From an uncultured Pseudomonadales bacterium (GTDB lineage Bacteria; Patescibacteriota; Microgenomatia; UBA1400; PJMF01), in NCBI GenBank assembly GCA_964555515.1, contig CAZKSJ010000001.1:11421-72259 (forward strand): a DNA stretch of 60,839 bases, written 5' to 3'. Position numbers and translations under genes: made by a program. Numbering within the stretch: the stretch's first letter is position 1; the number at the start of each line of letters is the position of its first letter. Below the pieces are notes generated by a model. It ran no database searches and was not told the DNA's origin. It saw only the letters and a list, made by a program, of their open reading frames with translations. This document shows, in pieces, positions 52,562-60,839 of this stretch.

Positions 52562-53146
52562 TTATCTCGTTCTTTTCCTCCGAGCTGGCTGCAATTGTTT
52601 GTTCAACTTTCTGTCAAAGCTTTTCAACTGAAAACCCAAAGCAGTGGTAAAAATTCCACTAATCAGCACTACCACACCCATTAATACAGCTGCGAGAGTG
52701 AGCGTTAATTGTGGATTGCTAAACAACGCAAAAGAAATTAGCAACAATACGATCGCACCCGCAGTTAACAACCACTCACCACCAAATAAGACTTTTCTAT
52801 CTTGAAATGCTTCGAAGAGCATGGCAATTCCCACCACGAAGATCCAAATTGCCACCAAAAAGACGAGTGCTGCCAAAGTCAATTGAGGCAGAGCAAAGAT
52901 CAACCACCCAATGATGAGCGTGATCAATCCCTGAAAGAAGAAGACCCACCAGTCATCGTCTTTTTTAACTTGAGTCAAAGATAGAATCATTAGTACCACA
53001 CCCTCTATCAGCAAGTACACTCCTACCAGTGTAGCGAGCACAATTAATGATTTAACGGGTGAAGCAATTAATAATAATCCCATGATGACAGCCAAAATTC
53101 CTCTCATCGCAATCAGCCACCATTTGCCTACATAATCTTCCCACAT
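52562..53146 (-). CDS. HdeD/DUF308-family membrane protein
   Basis: KWWLIAMRGILAVIMGLLLIASP plus about 6 TM segments with the DUF308 repeat pattern. Confidence 0.75.
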   Translation of the reverse strand: MWEDYVGKWWLIAMRGILAVIMGLLLIASPVKSLIVLATLVGVYLLIEGVVLMILSLTQVKKDDDWWVFFFQGLITLIIGWLIFALPQLTLAALVFLVAIWIFVVGIAMLFEAFQDRKVLFGGEWLLTAGAIVLLLISFALFSNPQLTLTLAAVLMGVVVLISGIFTTALGFQLKSFDRKLNKQLQPARRKRTR

Positions 53147-53191
53147 AGTTTTTATTCCTCTCTCTTTAATATTCTCTGTCTTAATACAACT

Positions 53192-53788
53192 TTACTTAAG
53201 GGCACTGCGCAATCGGAAGGACATGACGACAATGCCAATTCCGCCAATCAAGGTCAATAATGACACCGCAAACACCATCGTCACAAACTTGGCGGCAATA
53301 GGCATTCCTAATAAAACTATACCTAAAATCACGTAGAGAATACCTACGAGGAAAGAGCCCCAAGACCAATCATAACCTGACTTTTCTGCAGATTGATTGC
53401 CCAGAAAGATTTTTAACACACCATTTACTAAGAAAACTAAAGCGATAAACCACATAATCATGGTTGGTGTGAGAATGCCTGCAAAGATTGGATTGTTGAT
53501 CACCACCATACCAGCAATAATGCCCAACACGCCTCCAAATAAAGTCAATCCTCTTGATTGTAAAGACTTATTGGCAATTGCCATCAGCACATCAATAAAA
53601 CCAGCGATCAACCAGTAAAAACCTAAAATCCTAATTAAGATAATTGTGGTCGCAATTGGACTGAACATGAGCATGAGTCCAATCAAAACTGTAAATATCC
53701 CCTGAAGTAGTAGTAGCCACCAATTTGCTGCTGCTTCTTGAACAGCATCTCCATTTGCAACAGCTACCGACTGAGAAGATCTTGGCAT
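53192..53788 (-). CDS. HdeD/DUF308-family membrane protein (tandem paralog)
   Basis: NWWLLLLQGIFTVLIGLMLMFSP. Same topology as the downstream paralog. Confidence 0.75.
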   Translation of the reverse strand: MPRSSQSVAVANGDAVQEAAANWWLLLLQGIFTVLIGLMLMFSPIATTIILIRILGFYWLIAGFIDVLMAIANKSLQSRGLTLFGGVLGIIAGMVVINNPIFAGILTPTMIMWFIALVFLVNGVLKIFLGNQSAEKSGYDWSWGSFLVGILYVILGIVLLGMPIAAKFVTMVFAVSLLTLIGGIGIVVMSFRLRSALK

Positions 53789-54017
53789 AGATCAACCTTT
53801 CATTATTGTAGGTATTACGATTTAACCCACGTTTTAATTGTAGTTGATTATAAACACTATTATCTATTTGTCACCACAATGATGTCTTTATCAACCCATT
53901 GATTTCTTAACTTGCACAAAAATTGGACATAATCTAATTCAACAAATAGAAAGCTGTGGCACACTGATGTTGAGTAAAATGACGTTGTGGGTGAAATGCG
54001 TTGAAGGGTAAAGTAAT

Positions 54018-55748
54018 TCATTGACAAAAATCATCTAGCAGCTCAGTTTCTTTCAAAACAGCCTGCCATTGATTTAGATCAATTGCCTGAGCCATGACAT
54101 GCACTTGCGTTGGATCGTAGTATCTAGTAGCCAATTCATACGGAACACGATCATCAGGTCCAGAAACATACAAGGTTGTGGTAGCAATTAATTCTGGATC
54201 ACAAATGATGTCCCACGGCTCTAGATTGCCAAATTCATACTTGCCAAGCTTGGTAGGATGTTGGAAACCCACATCATCTGCACTAGGAAAATTCACTGAC
54301 TGACGGTACCATGTCGGATCAAACTGACCATACCAAGCCACAGCAATGTGTGCATCCGGAAAATGTTGATGAAAATAAATTCGCTTAAAGTTGTCGCTGA
54401 CATTTAAGACATCAATAACTGTTTGCTTTGGGAGGGGGTATGCCCGCCAACTATACTGCACAGGATAAATCACCCAATAATTAACTAACGATCTTACAGT
54501 TAGAAGCAACACACCGGCAGCAAATAACAGAAACATCATGCTGCCAAATTTTTTCTGACTGACCCACTCCCAACTAGCAAATAGTCCCATACCGATGATG
54601 ATGGCAACTAGTGGCATCAAGGCCGCACCCCTAATCACCTGTGGGGGACCAGCGAATGCGTTGGGCATCACCGCCAAAATCCAGATAACAAAGAATAACA
54701 ACCACTCAGGTTGCGTCCTTTTTTGCCAGACAACAACTAAACCTACTAAGTAAAAAGGGTATAAAATCCATAAGAATTCACCCATACCAGGCATCGAGGT
54801 ATAAACCAAGTCATCCCCTCCTCCATCAAAAAATAAAAATGTTGGCAGAATGAAGTGAGCATGATTAGACACCACCTGCTCCAAATAGGTGAGAGGTTTG
54901 TTAAATAACAACTTGCATGCTACACCTAAACGAGGATCAGCAATGAAACAATTAGCACGTTGTTCATTTACCACCATGCTCGCATTCTCATTTGAAAAAA
55001 TAGAAACTTGATTGAATCGCGCCGTACCTGCGGGAGACAAGACTCCAGAAGTAAGGGGAATCACCAACACCAAAAATATGATGGCTGCTACCAAAAACCT
55101 TGTTGCAGGCAACTTAAATTTCCAAATAAGTAAACCCATTACTAAGCCATACAATGGCACCAGCATGCGCAGCGCCACGTAACTATAAACCGCCCCTGCC
55201 ATTGATACACCCAATACTCCCACCCAAACTTTTTTTGGCTTGTGGTTCTGCATGATGATGATACTGGCCAATAGACCGAAGATGAAAAATGCTGAGGCTA
55301 AATTTGACTCGATCGCCAGCCGGGATAAATGAATTGGCCACGGCGAAAAAGCTAGTACTAAAGCTGCTAATAAAGCTACCGGTCGCTTGCTGGTTAAGAC
55401 ATACGTCAACCAGTAGCTGCCAATAATAATCAGTATACCCGCCAAAAGAGAGGGAATTTTGAGTGAAAAATCATTCACGCCAAACAGGGCAAAGCTTAAT
55501 ACCGTCGCATAAACATACCCTGGTAGTTTAAAATCACCAAATGCTTTAAAAACTACTGGAAAAGTTTTTCCCCACTCATCCTGACCGGTCTTCAGAATAG
55601 ATAAGGCATTGTAGCCAATGCTCATTTCATCATGCACCAACACCAACTTGTTGAGATTAACCAATCTAATTACCAAGCCAATGACGATGATCAGAGCCAA
55701 TAAAACGTAACTCATGTTGTGGATTTTTTGCTTGATGTACCAACCCAT
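54018..55748 (-). CDS. Family 39 (ArnT/PMT-like, GT-C) glycosyltransferase
   Basis: First-loop motif LVLVHDEMSIGYNALSILKTGQDEWGKTFP, about 12 TM segments, and a soluble C-terminal domain. Confidence 0.75.
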   Translation of the reverse strand: MGWYIKQKIHNMSYVLLALIIVIGLVIRLVNLNKLVLVHDEMSIGYNALSILKTGQDEWGKTFPVVFKAFGDFKLPGYVYATVLSFALFGVNDFSLKIPSLLAGILIIIGSYWLTYVLTSKRPVALLAALVLAFSPWPIHLSRLAIESNLASAFFIFGLLASIIIMQNHKPKKVWVGVLGVSMAGAVYSYVALRMLVPLYGLVMGLLIWKFKLPATRFLVAAIIFLVLVIPLTSGVLSPAGTARFNQVSIFSNENASMVVNEQRANCFIADPRLGVACKLLFNKPLTYLEQVVSNHAHFILPTFLFFDGGGDDLVYTSMPGMGEFLWILYPFYLVGLVVVWQKRTQPEWLLFFVIWILAVMPNAFAGPPQVIRGAALMPLVAIIIGMGLFASWEWVSQKKFGSMMFLLFAAGVLLLTVRSLVNYWVIYPVQYSWRAYPLPKQTVIDVLNVSDNFKRIYFHQHFPDAHIAVAWYGQFDPTWYRQSVNFPSADDVGFQHPTKLGKYEFGNLEPWDIICDPELIATTTLYVSGPDDRVPYELATRYYDPTQVHVMAQAIDLNQWQAVLKETELLDDFCQ

Positions 55749-55808
55749 ATCAACCTGTCAATTCCCTAAAATCAAGTTTTAATTTTTTAACTCCTAGACC
55801 ACAGATCA

Positions 55809-56531
55809 TCACTCAATTGATAAAAGATTGATTACTTGATCCAAAATTGTGGCCGATTCTGCCAACTCAACACTCACCTCGTTGGTGGTGTCATTAAGTT
55901 GATACCTCTCATCAACTTCCCAAGGCACTATTCCTAAAAACTTCTTTTTTGTTTTGACGTTTGCTTGATAAATGACTTCACCTTCTGGGTTTTCAAGCAG
56001 CTGCAAATCTGTGACTTCGCCGGCTTCCAAAGGCTGTGCCAACTCATCTGGATCAGGAGTAACGATTGGCTCAGGTGTCTCATCGATATCTAAATCAGGT
56101 GAAGCCGATGGCCTTGGCGAGGATGATGGTAGCAGTGTTGGCGCTAATTCCATCTTACCTTTAGACAACATCACTCGAATAGCCTGATCTGGATAATTTC
56201 TTAGTTGATGGGTGTTCCCAGATGGGGTAGTAAGAGTCACCATTCCATCATGACTGAGAGTGAATTTAGCCGATGTTGTTCGGGCGGTCACTCCCTTTGA
56301 TTTGAGCTTCAATCCATCCTCATCTGAATCAATCTCTAGCTCTACTTCTTGCTCTTCCTCATCATCAGTTACTAATTCCTCCTCATCTTCAGTTGCTAAC
56401 TCATCCTCTTGTTCGGTCTCCAATTCCGTCAGTTCCCTACTCTCATTTGAAAATTCTTCAATTTTGGGGAGTCTAACCCTGAGCATATCGGTTTCTGTTT
56501 CTTCGGCTTGCTCAAACAAGTTTGGCTGCAC
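55809..56531 (-). CDS. Highly acidic hypothetical protein
   Basis: 240-aa ORF with an E/D-rich N-terminal repeat region (ELTELETEQEDELATEDEEELVTDDEEEQEVELEIDSDEDG) and a Pro-rich linker. No known motif. Confidence 0.45.
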   Translation of the reverse strand: MQPNLFEQAEETETDMLRVRLPKIEEFSNESRELTELETEQEDELATEDEEELVTDDEEEQEVELEIDSDEDGLKLKSKGVTARTTSAKFTLSHDGMVTLTTPSGNTHQLRNYPDQAIRVMLSKGKMELAPTLLPSSSPRPSASPDLDIDETPEPIVTPDPDELAQPLEAGEVTDLQLLENPEGEVIYQANVKTKKKFLGIVPWEVDERYQLNDTTNEVSVELAESATILDQVINLLSIE

Positions 56532-56536
56532 GCTAT

Positions 56537-56884
56537 CTACGCTGGTTGAGTCTTGAATGGTGACTTTAACTTTGCCAGTGGTTTTTCCGGCTCGATGGAT
56601 ATCTCTTTTTGTTGATATTTGCCAATTTGTTTGACTAGCACATCATCTTTAATTTGTTCAACTCTGACGGGCTTTGCTTGTTCAGTCGAGGTATCTTTGC
56701 CCGCTGCTTTACCTTGATTGTCAGTTTTCCCCAGCACAGAACCTTGATAAATGTTGATCCAACCTTGGTCGGTCACCTCAACCGTTAACGCAGCTGAAGT
56801 ACCCACTACGTTCATGATCAGTATCAACGAAAAAGCAATAGATAACACAATCTTCAACTGTGTATGTTTCATGTCAGCCTCCAA
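56537..56884 (-). CDS. Small secreted/membrane-anchored hypothetical protein
   Basis: 115 aa with an N-terminal hydrophobic signal/anchor (LKIVLSIAFSLILIMNVVGTSAA). Its stop lies 5 nt upstream of the start of the acidic-protein gene. Confidence 0.45.
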   Translation of the reverse strand: MEADMKHTQLKIVLSIAFSLILIMNVVGTSAALTVEVTDQGWINIYQGSVLGKTDNQGKAAGKDTSTEQAKPVRVEQIKDDVLVKQIGKYQQKEISIEPEKPLAKLKSPFKTQPA

Positions 56885-56941
56885 CTCGTTATTATTTGAG
56901 AGTTTTTTTCTGAACTTAACTATACAACATCTGAAGAAACA

Positions 56942-58747
56942 TTACATCTGCTGTGGTACATCAATACCCAATAGCTCCAGTCCTAAACGTAGCACCCGCC
57001 CAAAAGCAGCTGTCAAAACTAACTTAGAGCTAGTTTGTGGTTGGTTATCAGTCACGATCTGCGCCGAGTGATAAAATCTTGTGAAATTCTTCGCCAAGTC
57101 ATATAGATAAATCGCCAATACCGAAGGGTTATAATTGGCCGCTGCTTGCTCAATGGATTCTGGAAATTTGGCCAAAGACAGGGCCAACTGAAACTCCTCT
57201 TCTGTACCTAGTTCCAAGTGATCAAAATCCGGTCGAAAACTGTGCTCATCAAACTGACCTTTTTGCAGTAGTGATTGAGATCTGGCATAAGCATATTGTA
57301 AGTAAGCAGCACTATTTCCTTCTAAAGAGATAATCTTATCCCAATCAAAAGTGATGGTGCGGCCCGGATCACCTGATAAATCTGTCCACTTGATGGCACC
57401 AATCGCCACTTGGTGAATTAATCGCTCTTTATCTTCAACGTTCTCAACCCGAGTTCTTTCTTCAACCAACTTGGTCGCTCGCTTGATGGCTTCATCGATC
57501 ACCTCATCAAGCATCACCACCCGTCCTTTTCTAGTAGACATCTTGCCATCGGGCAATCTGATCATGCCAAAGGAAACGTGCGTCATCTGTGCAGGCTCAG
57601 CATAGCCCAACCGATGCATGATCTCAAAAAGTTGTTTTAAGTATAAGTTTTGGTCATTACCTACGACGTAAATTAATCGATCAGCGTGCAACTCTGTCAA
57701 ACGATACTTGGCGGTAGCAATATCGCGCGTCATGTAAATCGTGGCTCCATCAGATTTTTGAATAAGGCTGATCCCCAGCCCCGCGTCCTCCAAGTCCACA
57801 ACAATCGCGCCCAGGCTTTTACTAGCGATTCCTTTTTCAATCGCTTCCTGAATCACCTCTTTCAGCATCGGTTCATAAAAACTTTCTCCAAGAGCGATGT
57901 CGAACCTTACACCAAGTCGATCATAGGTTTTCTGAAAATCAGCTAACGACCAATCCACAATCTGTTGCCAGCGTTTCCGAGCTGTCTCATCACCAGACTC
58001 AAGTCTTCTAAACCACTCGCGGCCAGCGGCTTTGATCTCCTTAGCCTGTTCAGCTGCCAGGTTGGAATCAGTATTGGTGTAATGATCTGAATGCTCATCA
58101 CCAGCGGCACTGATTTTGACATACAACTTTTGCATCTCTGGAATAGGATTTTTGGCAATCTGCGCCTCATTACCCCACAGCTCAATCGCCGCCAACAAGT
58201 GACCAAACTGTGTGCCCCAATCACCTAAGTGATTATCTTTGACAACTTGATAGCCTAATTTAGATAAGATTCTAGCTATAGCATCACCAATGATGGTTGA
58301 TCGCAGATGGCCAACACTCATCCGTTTAGCAATATTGGGCGATGACATATCGATGACCACTTTCTGAGGCTGCGCTAAACTGCTGGCGCCGTAATGATCG
58401 GCCTGTTGCCAAATTTGTTGCAAAACCTGGTTATTGAACTGTGTCTTGTTTAAACTGACGTTAATATAAGCACCGACCGCAAAATAATGGTCAATTAGAC
58501 TGTTTGGTTCCACCGCAAGCTTCTTCGTTAAGCTGTCCGCGATCGCGACTGGATCAGCTTGCAGTTCTTGGCCAAAGATGCCACAGTGGAAACCTAAATC
58601 ACCCACTTCAGTTGCTGGCACACTAATAATCGGCACCTTTCTGGATAATTCAGCTGAAATCCCGCTACGTTGCAATGCGGCTCGAATCTCAGTAGTGATA
58701 ATTGCTAAGACGGACGGGATGGGGGAATGATTTCCTGTGTTTTCCAT
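56942..58747 (-). CDS. argS: Arginine--tRNA ligase
   Basis: SSPNIAKRMSVGHLRSTIIGDAI (HIGH-region variant), MSTRKGRVV (KMSK-like), and a DALR anticodon-binding C-terminus. Confidence 0.9.
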   Translation of the reverse strand: MENTGNHSPIPSVLAIITTEIRAALQRSGISAELSRKVPIISVPATEVGDLGFHCGIFGQELQADPVAIADSLTKKLAVEPNSLIDHYFAVGAYINVSLNKTQFNNQVLQQIWQQADHYGASSLAQPQKVVIDMSSPNIAKRMSVGHLRSTIIGDAIARILSKLGYQVVKDNHLGDWGTQFGHLLAAIELWGNEAQIAKNPIPEMQKLYVKISAAGDEHSDHYTNTDSNLAAEQAKEIKAAGREWFRRLESGDETARKRWQQIVDWSLADFQKTYDRLGVRFDIALGESFYEPMLKEVIQEAIEKGIASKSLGAIVVDLEDAGLGISLIQKSDGATIYMTRDIATAKYRLTELHADRLIYVVGNDQNLYLKQLFEIMHRLGYAEPAQMTHVSFGMIRLPDGKMSTRKGRVVMLDEVIDEAIKRATKLVEERTRVENVEDKERLIHQVAIGAIKWTDLSGDPGRTITFDWDKIISLEGNSAAYLQYAYARSQSLLQKGQFDEHSFRPDFDHLELGTEEEFQLALSLAKFPESIEQAAANYNPSVLAIYLYDLAKNFTRFYHSAQIVTDNQPQTSSKLVLTAAFGRVLRLGLELLGIDVPQQM

Positions 58748-58796
58748 ACTGTGAATTATAAACTACCAACAGGCGGAGACATCAGGCAACCCGTTG

Positions 58797-59456
58797 TTAC
58801 TCAACCACCAACCTCAGCCGAGCACCCTCTACCCTGGCTAGCTCTCCACTTGACGATTTGATTTGGATGAGATATGCGTGGCTGCCCGAGTGCAAAGTAA
58901 ATCCAGACGAAACTTGCGTGGTCGGTTGTTGGGTATTATGGAAAATTTCGGATGTATTCAAGATGGCGCCTGTTGATAGATTTTTCAATCTGACATGAAC
59001 TTCACCGCCCACAATCGATAAACCACTTTCCAAATAGACCGCCTTAATCTGGTGATATTGATCGGTGTTCACGCTGACGGTTGTTGCTGGTAAATCAACC
59101 CAATCACGACTGGTAGTTGTGCCTGAACCCAACGGAATAAAGTATTCTCCCGCCCCAATTTTTTGACCAGCAGTCAGTGCTGGTTGATTGGTGGTTTTTA
59201 CCAAATTGCTGGCGGCGGCACTGCTTACTGCTTGCTCTAAAGCGGCCAATCGCTCGTCTTGGTCTGACAATTTGACCAACGCTTGTTCAGTTAACCCAGC
59301 CGAAGCAGGCACCGCGCTGAAAGAGGAATTCTTTTCAAACTCACTCATCAAAGCAACCAAGCGCTGCTGGTCTGACCACAAATAAGCAATGGCTGCCCAC
59401 GAAAAAATGGCACTCAAGCACACAGCTGCCAACAATACTTGGGCAAACCTATACAT
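58797..59456 (-). CDS. Membrane-anchored hypothetical protein
   Basis: Start placed at the ATG at 59456 (MYRFAQVLLAAVCLSAIFSWAAIAYLW, a TM anchor). A coiled segment is followed by a beta-rich C-terminal domain. Confidence 0.45.
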   Translation of the reverse strand: MYRFAQVLLAAVCLSAIFSWAAIAYLWSDQQRLVALMSEFEKNSSFSAVPASAGLTEQALVKLSDQDERLAALEQAVSSAAASNLVKTTNQPALTAGQKIGAGEYFIPLGSGTTTSRDWVDLPATTVSVNTDQYHQIKAVYLESGLSIVGGEVHVRLKNLSTGAILNTSEIFHNTQQPTTQVSSGFTLHSGSHAYLIQIKSSSGELARVEGARLRLVVE

Positions 59457-59590
59457 ACCACCAGTATATCGAAGAATCAGCAGAAACGTTAGCGGGACAC
59501 CCACGCGATGATTTCTTATATCTTTGAAAACCAATCTTGGCCTATTTAATCTGAATTCGTGTGTGTATGCTACACTGCACACGCCATTCT

Positions 59591-60085
59591 ATGAAAAATC
59601 ACAAGTTATTCTCACCAGCCACAACCACTAACTCAACTACGATTCCGCTAACAAAGCGAGCTTTTAGTCAATTTAAGCAAAAGTTTTCAAAACTAAAAAA
59701 TGAAAGAGCTGAAGTCATGGCGCGTCTAAAAACTGCCAGAGAAATGGGTGATTTATCAGAAAATGGTGCTTACAAGTATGCCAAATTTGAGCTGAGTTCG
59801 ATTGGCAGACAAATGAGGGAATTGCAGCACATTCTAGATCACGCCGTTGTCACCACCAAGCAGATTAATGGTCAGGTTGGTTTTGGCAGCGTGGTCGGGC
59901 TGGAACGAAATGGAGTCAAAACTACTTACCAAATGGCCAGTGGCTATGAATCAGATCTTAGTCAACACAAATTGTCCATCAACAGCCCAATGGGCTTGGC
60001 CTTAACAGACAAAAAAGTTGGAGATGTGGTGATTGTCAACGCCCCAGCCGGTCAGCTAGAATACAAGATCGTTAGTATTGACTAA
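59591..60085 (+). CDS. greA: Transcription elongation factor GreA
   Basis: RLKTAREMGDLSENGAYKYAKFELSSIGRQMRELQ (coiled-coil tip with acidic residues) and the C-terminal SINSPMGLALTDKKVGDVV. Start placed at the ATG at 59591. Confidence 0.85.
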   Translation: MKNHKLFSPATTTNSTTIPLTKRAFSQFKQKFSKLKNERAEVMARLKTAREMGDLSENGAYKYAKFELSSIGRQMRELQHILDHAVVTTKQINGQVGFGSVVGLERNGVKTTYQMASGYESDLSQHKLSINSPMGLALTDKKVGDVVIVNAPAGQLEYKIVSID

Positions 60086-60093
60086 AAAGTATT

Positions 60094-60393
60094 ATGCCAA
60101 TGCCTAAATACCTTCGTTTTCATCAATTAATGATGGAACAAAATGCCGCTTTGTTTGCCAAGTTCAAACCCATTCATGACGGATTTGCCGTTTCACCAAC
60201 AGAGTGGGCTGCCCAGTTTCACAGCGTGGGAAGGGATGTCACGGACATTTGTCGGGATTGGGAAAGACGTCTTTGTCATGGCTCAGAAAAAGGACAGTAT
60301 GCCAAGTTTTCTCAAAATCTATCAGATAAATTCTGGGGAGTGATCAAAAAAGACTTTCCACTGATTGAACAGGTGGGTTTGATCAAGTCCTAG
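60094..60393 (+). CDS. Hypothetical protein
   Basis: 99-aa ORF starting 8 nt after greA. No recognised motif. Confidence 0.4.
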   Translation: MPMPKYLRFHQLMMEQNAALFAKFKPIHDGFAVSPTEWAAQFHSVGRDVTDICRDWERRLCHGSEKGQYAKFSQNLSDKFWGVIKKDFPLIEQVGLIKS

Positions 60394-60430
60394 CGAATAT
60401 TCTACAAAAGCTTTCCTTGTCGCTCGATGA

Positions 60431-60839
60431 TCAAAGCTTCCCCCGTGAGGGCGCAAAATCTTGAATAGTGAGTTGCAATTGACCACGGTGAAAAGGATTT
60501 TTTCCTAAGGAAAATACTAAATCGATAGTTTCACCTTTTGTAAGTTCAAAAATTCTCTGCTTCATCTCAAAGCCAATCATTGACTCCGGCTTCATACCCT
60601 TTTGCACTTGACCAACCAAATGCTTGCCGTTTCTACTATGGCCAAGCGATGTAACCACGGCGCCTTTAATAAGATAATTAGGCTTTAGCCATCCATTGCC
60701 AAATGGCTCAAGCTTCTGTTGCTCAACTAGAATTTTCTCAAGATGATCAAGATTGTCTAGCTCGAAATCATACTCATTAATGACAGGTTGATCTGCTAGT
60801 GCTTGTTGTTCAAAATATTTCATCAACCGAGCTTTAAAT
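60431..60839 (-). CDS. recJ: C-terminal part of a RecJ-like ssDNA exonuclease (ORF open to the window edge)
   Basis: The reading frame stays open upstream of the listed start to position 60839. The motif LEPFGNGWLKPNY resembles RecJ EPFGxGNPxP and is followed by an OB-like tail. Confidence 0.5.
   Translation of the reverse strand, partial: FKARLMKYFEQQALADQPVINEYDFELDNLDHLEKILVEQQKLEPFGNGWLKPNYLIKGAVVTSLGHSRNGKHLVGQVQKGMKPESMIGFEMKQRIFELTKGETIDLVFSLGKNPFHRGQLQLTIQDFAPSRGKL

Noticed and set aside
1-60839. Alternative genetic code (UGA recoding, as in some candidate phyla)
   Set aside because: Long uninterrupted ORFs are obtained with the standard code, and TGA closes several well-supported genes (for example 2383-2712, and the ATGA overlaps at 7796-7799 and 19773-19776).
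1-60839. CRISPR arrays, tRNA/rRNA genes, transposases, integrases and prophage remnants
   Set aside because: Visual inspection of all intergenic regions over 100 nt found no spaced direct repeats, cloverleaf-like sequences or recombinase-like ORFs. This was a manual scan only. tRNAscan-SE, Infernal and minced would be needed to confirm it.

Overview
A 60.8 kb chromosomal window with standard genetic code (TGA is used as a stop), dense coding and mostly minus-strand operons. I found no rRNA, tRNA, CRISPR array, transposase or integrase. Gene content includes many membrane and secreted hypotheticals, a type IV pilus (T4P) locus, a sortase, an LCP protein, GT39-type glycosyltransferases and a shortened AlaRS, and rpoB is not preceded by rplJL. 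This suggests a small-genome, Gram-positive-like and possibly Patescibacteria/CPR-like organism, but that is inference only. Housekeeping genes: rpoB (5' part, missed by the ORF track), mltG, ruvX, alaS, yqeY-like, prmC-like, argS, greA and a recJ-like 3' fragment. The central roughly 17 kb (18028-35148, minus strand) is a T4P locus. It runs small ORF, Y-family polymerase, pilB, pilC, then a tightly coupled run of amino-acid dehydrogenase, PaaK/F390-type ligase, ThiF/E1-like protein, Acg-type nitroreductase, multi-TM GAF histidine kinase, four minor pilins (one a 659-aa LVIVD beta-propeller fusion), a PilM/N/O-like candidate and the major pilin with its terminator. A receiver-only response regulator is transcribed divergently from the enzyme genes. 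This four-enzyme plus two-component module embedded in the pilus operon is the best candidate for an undescribed system. I see no YcaO, precursor peptide, Ubl, E2 or DUB, so it does not fit known RiPP, ThiS/MoaD or ubiquitin-like pathways. The right half holds two more two-component systems and stress genes: hsp20 with a CIRCE-like operator, a 59-aa KGG stress protein below the ORF cutoff, and tandem HdeD paralogs. It also carries an envelope/glycosylation region (GT2, DUF2207, two polytopic GT-C/GT39-like proteins, a bPH_2 protein and a repeat-containing secreted protein). All functional calls rest on motifs read by eye. No searches were run.
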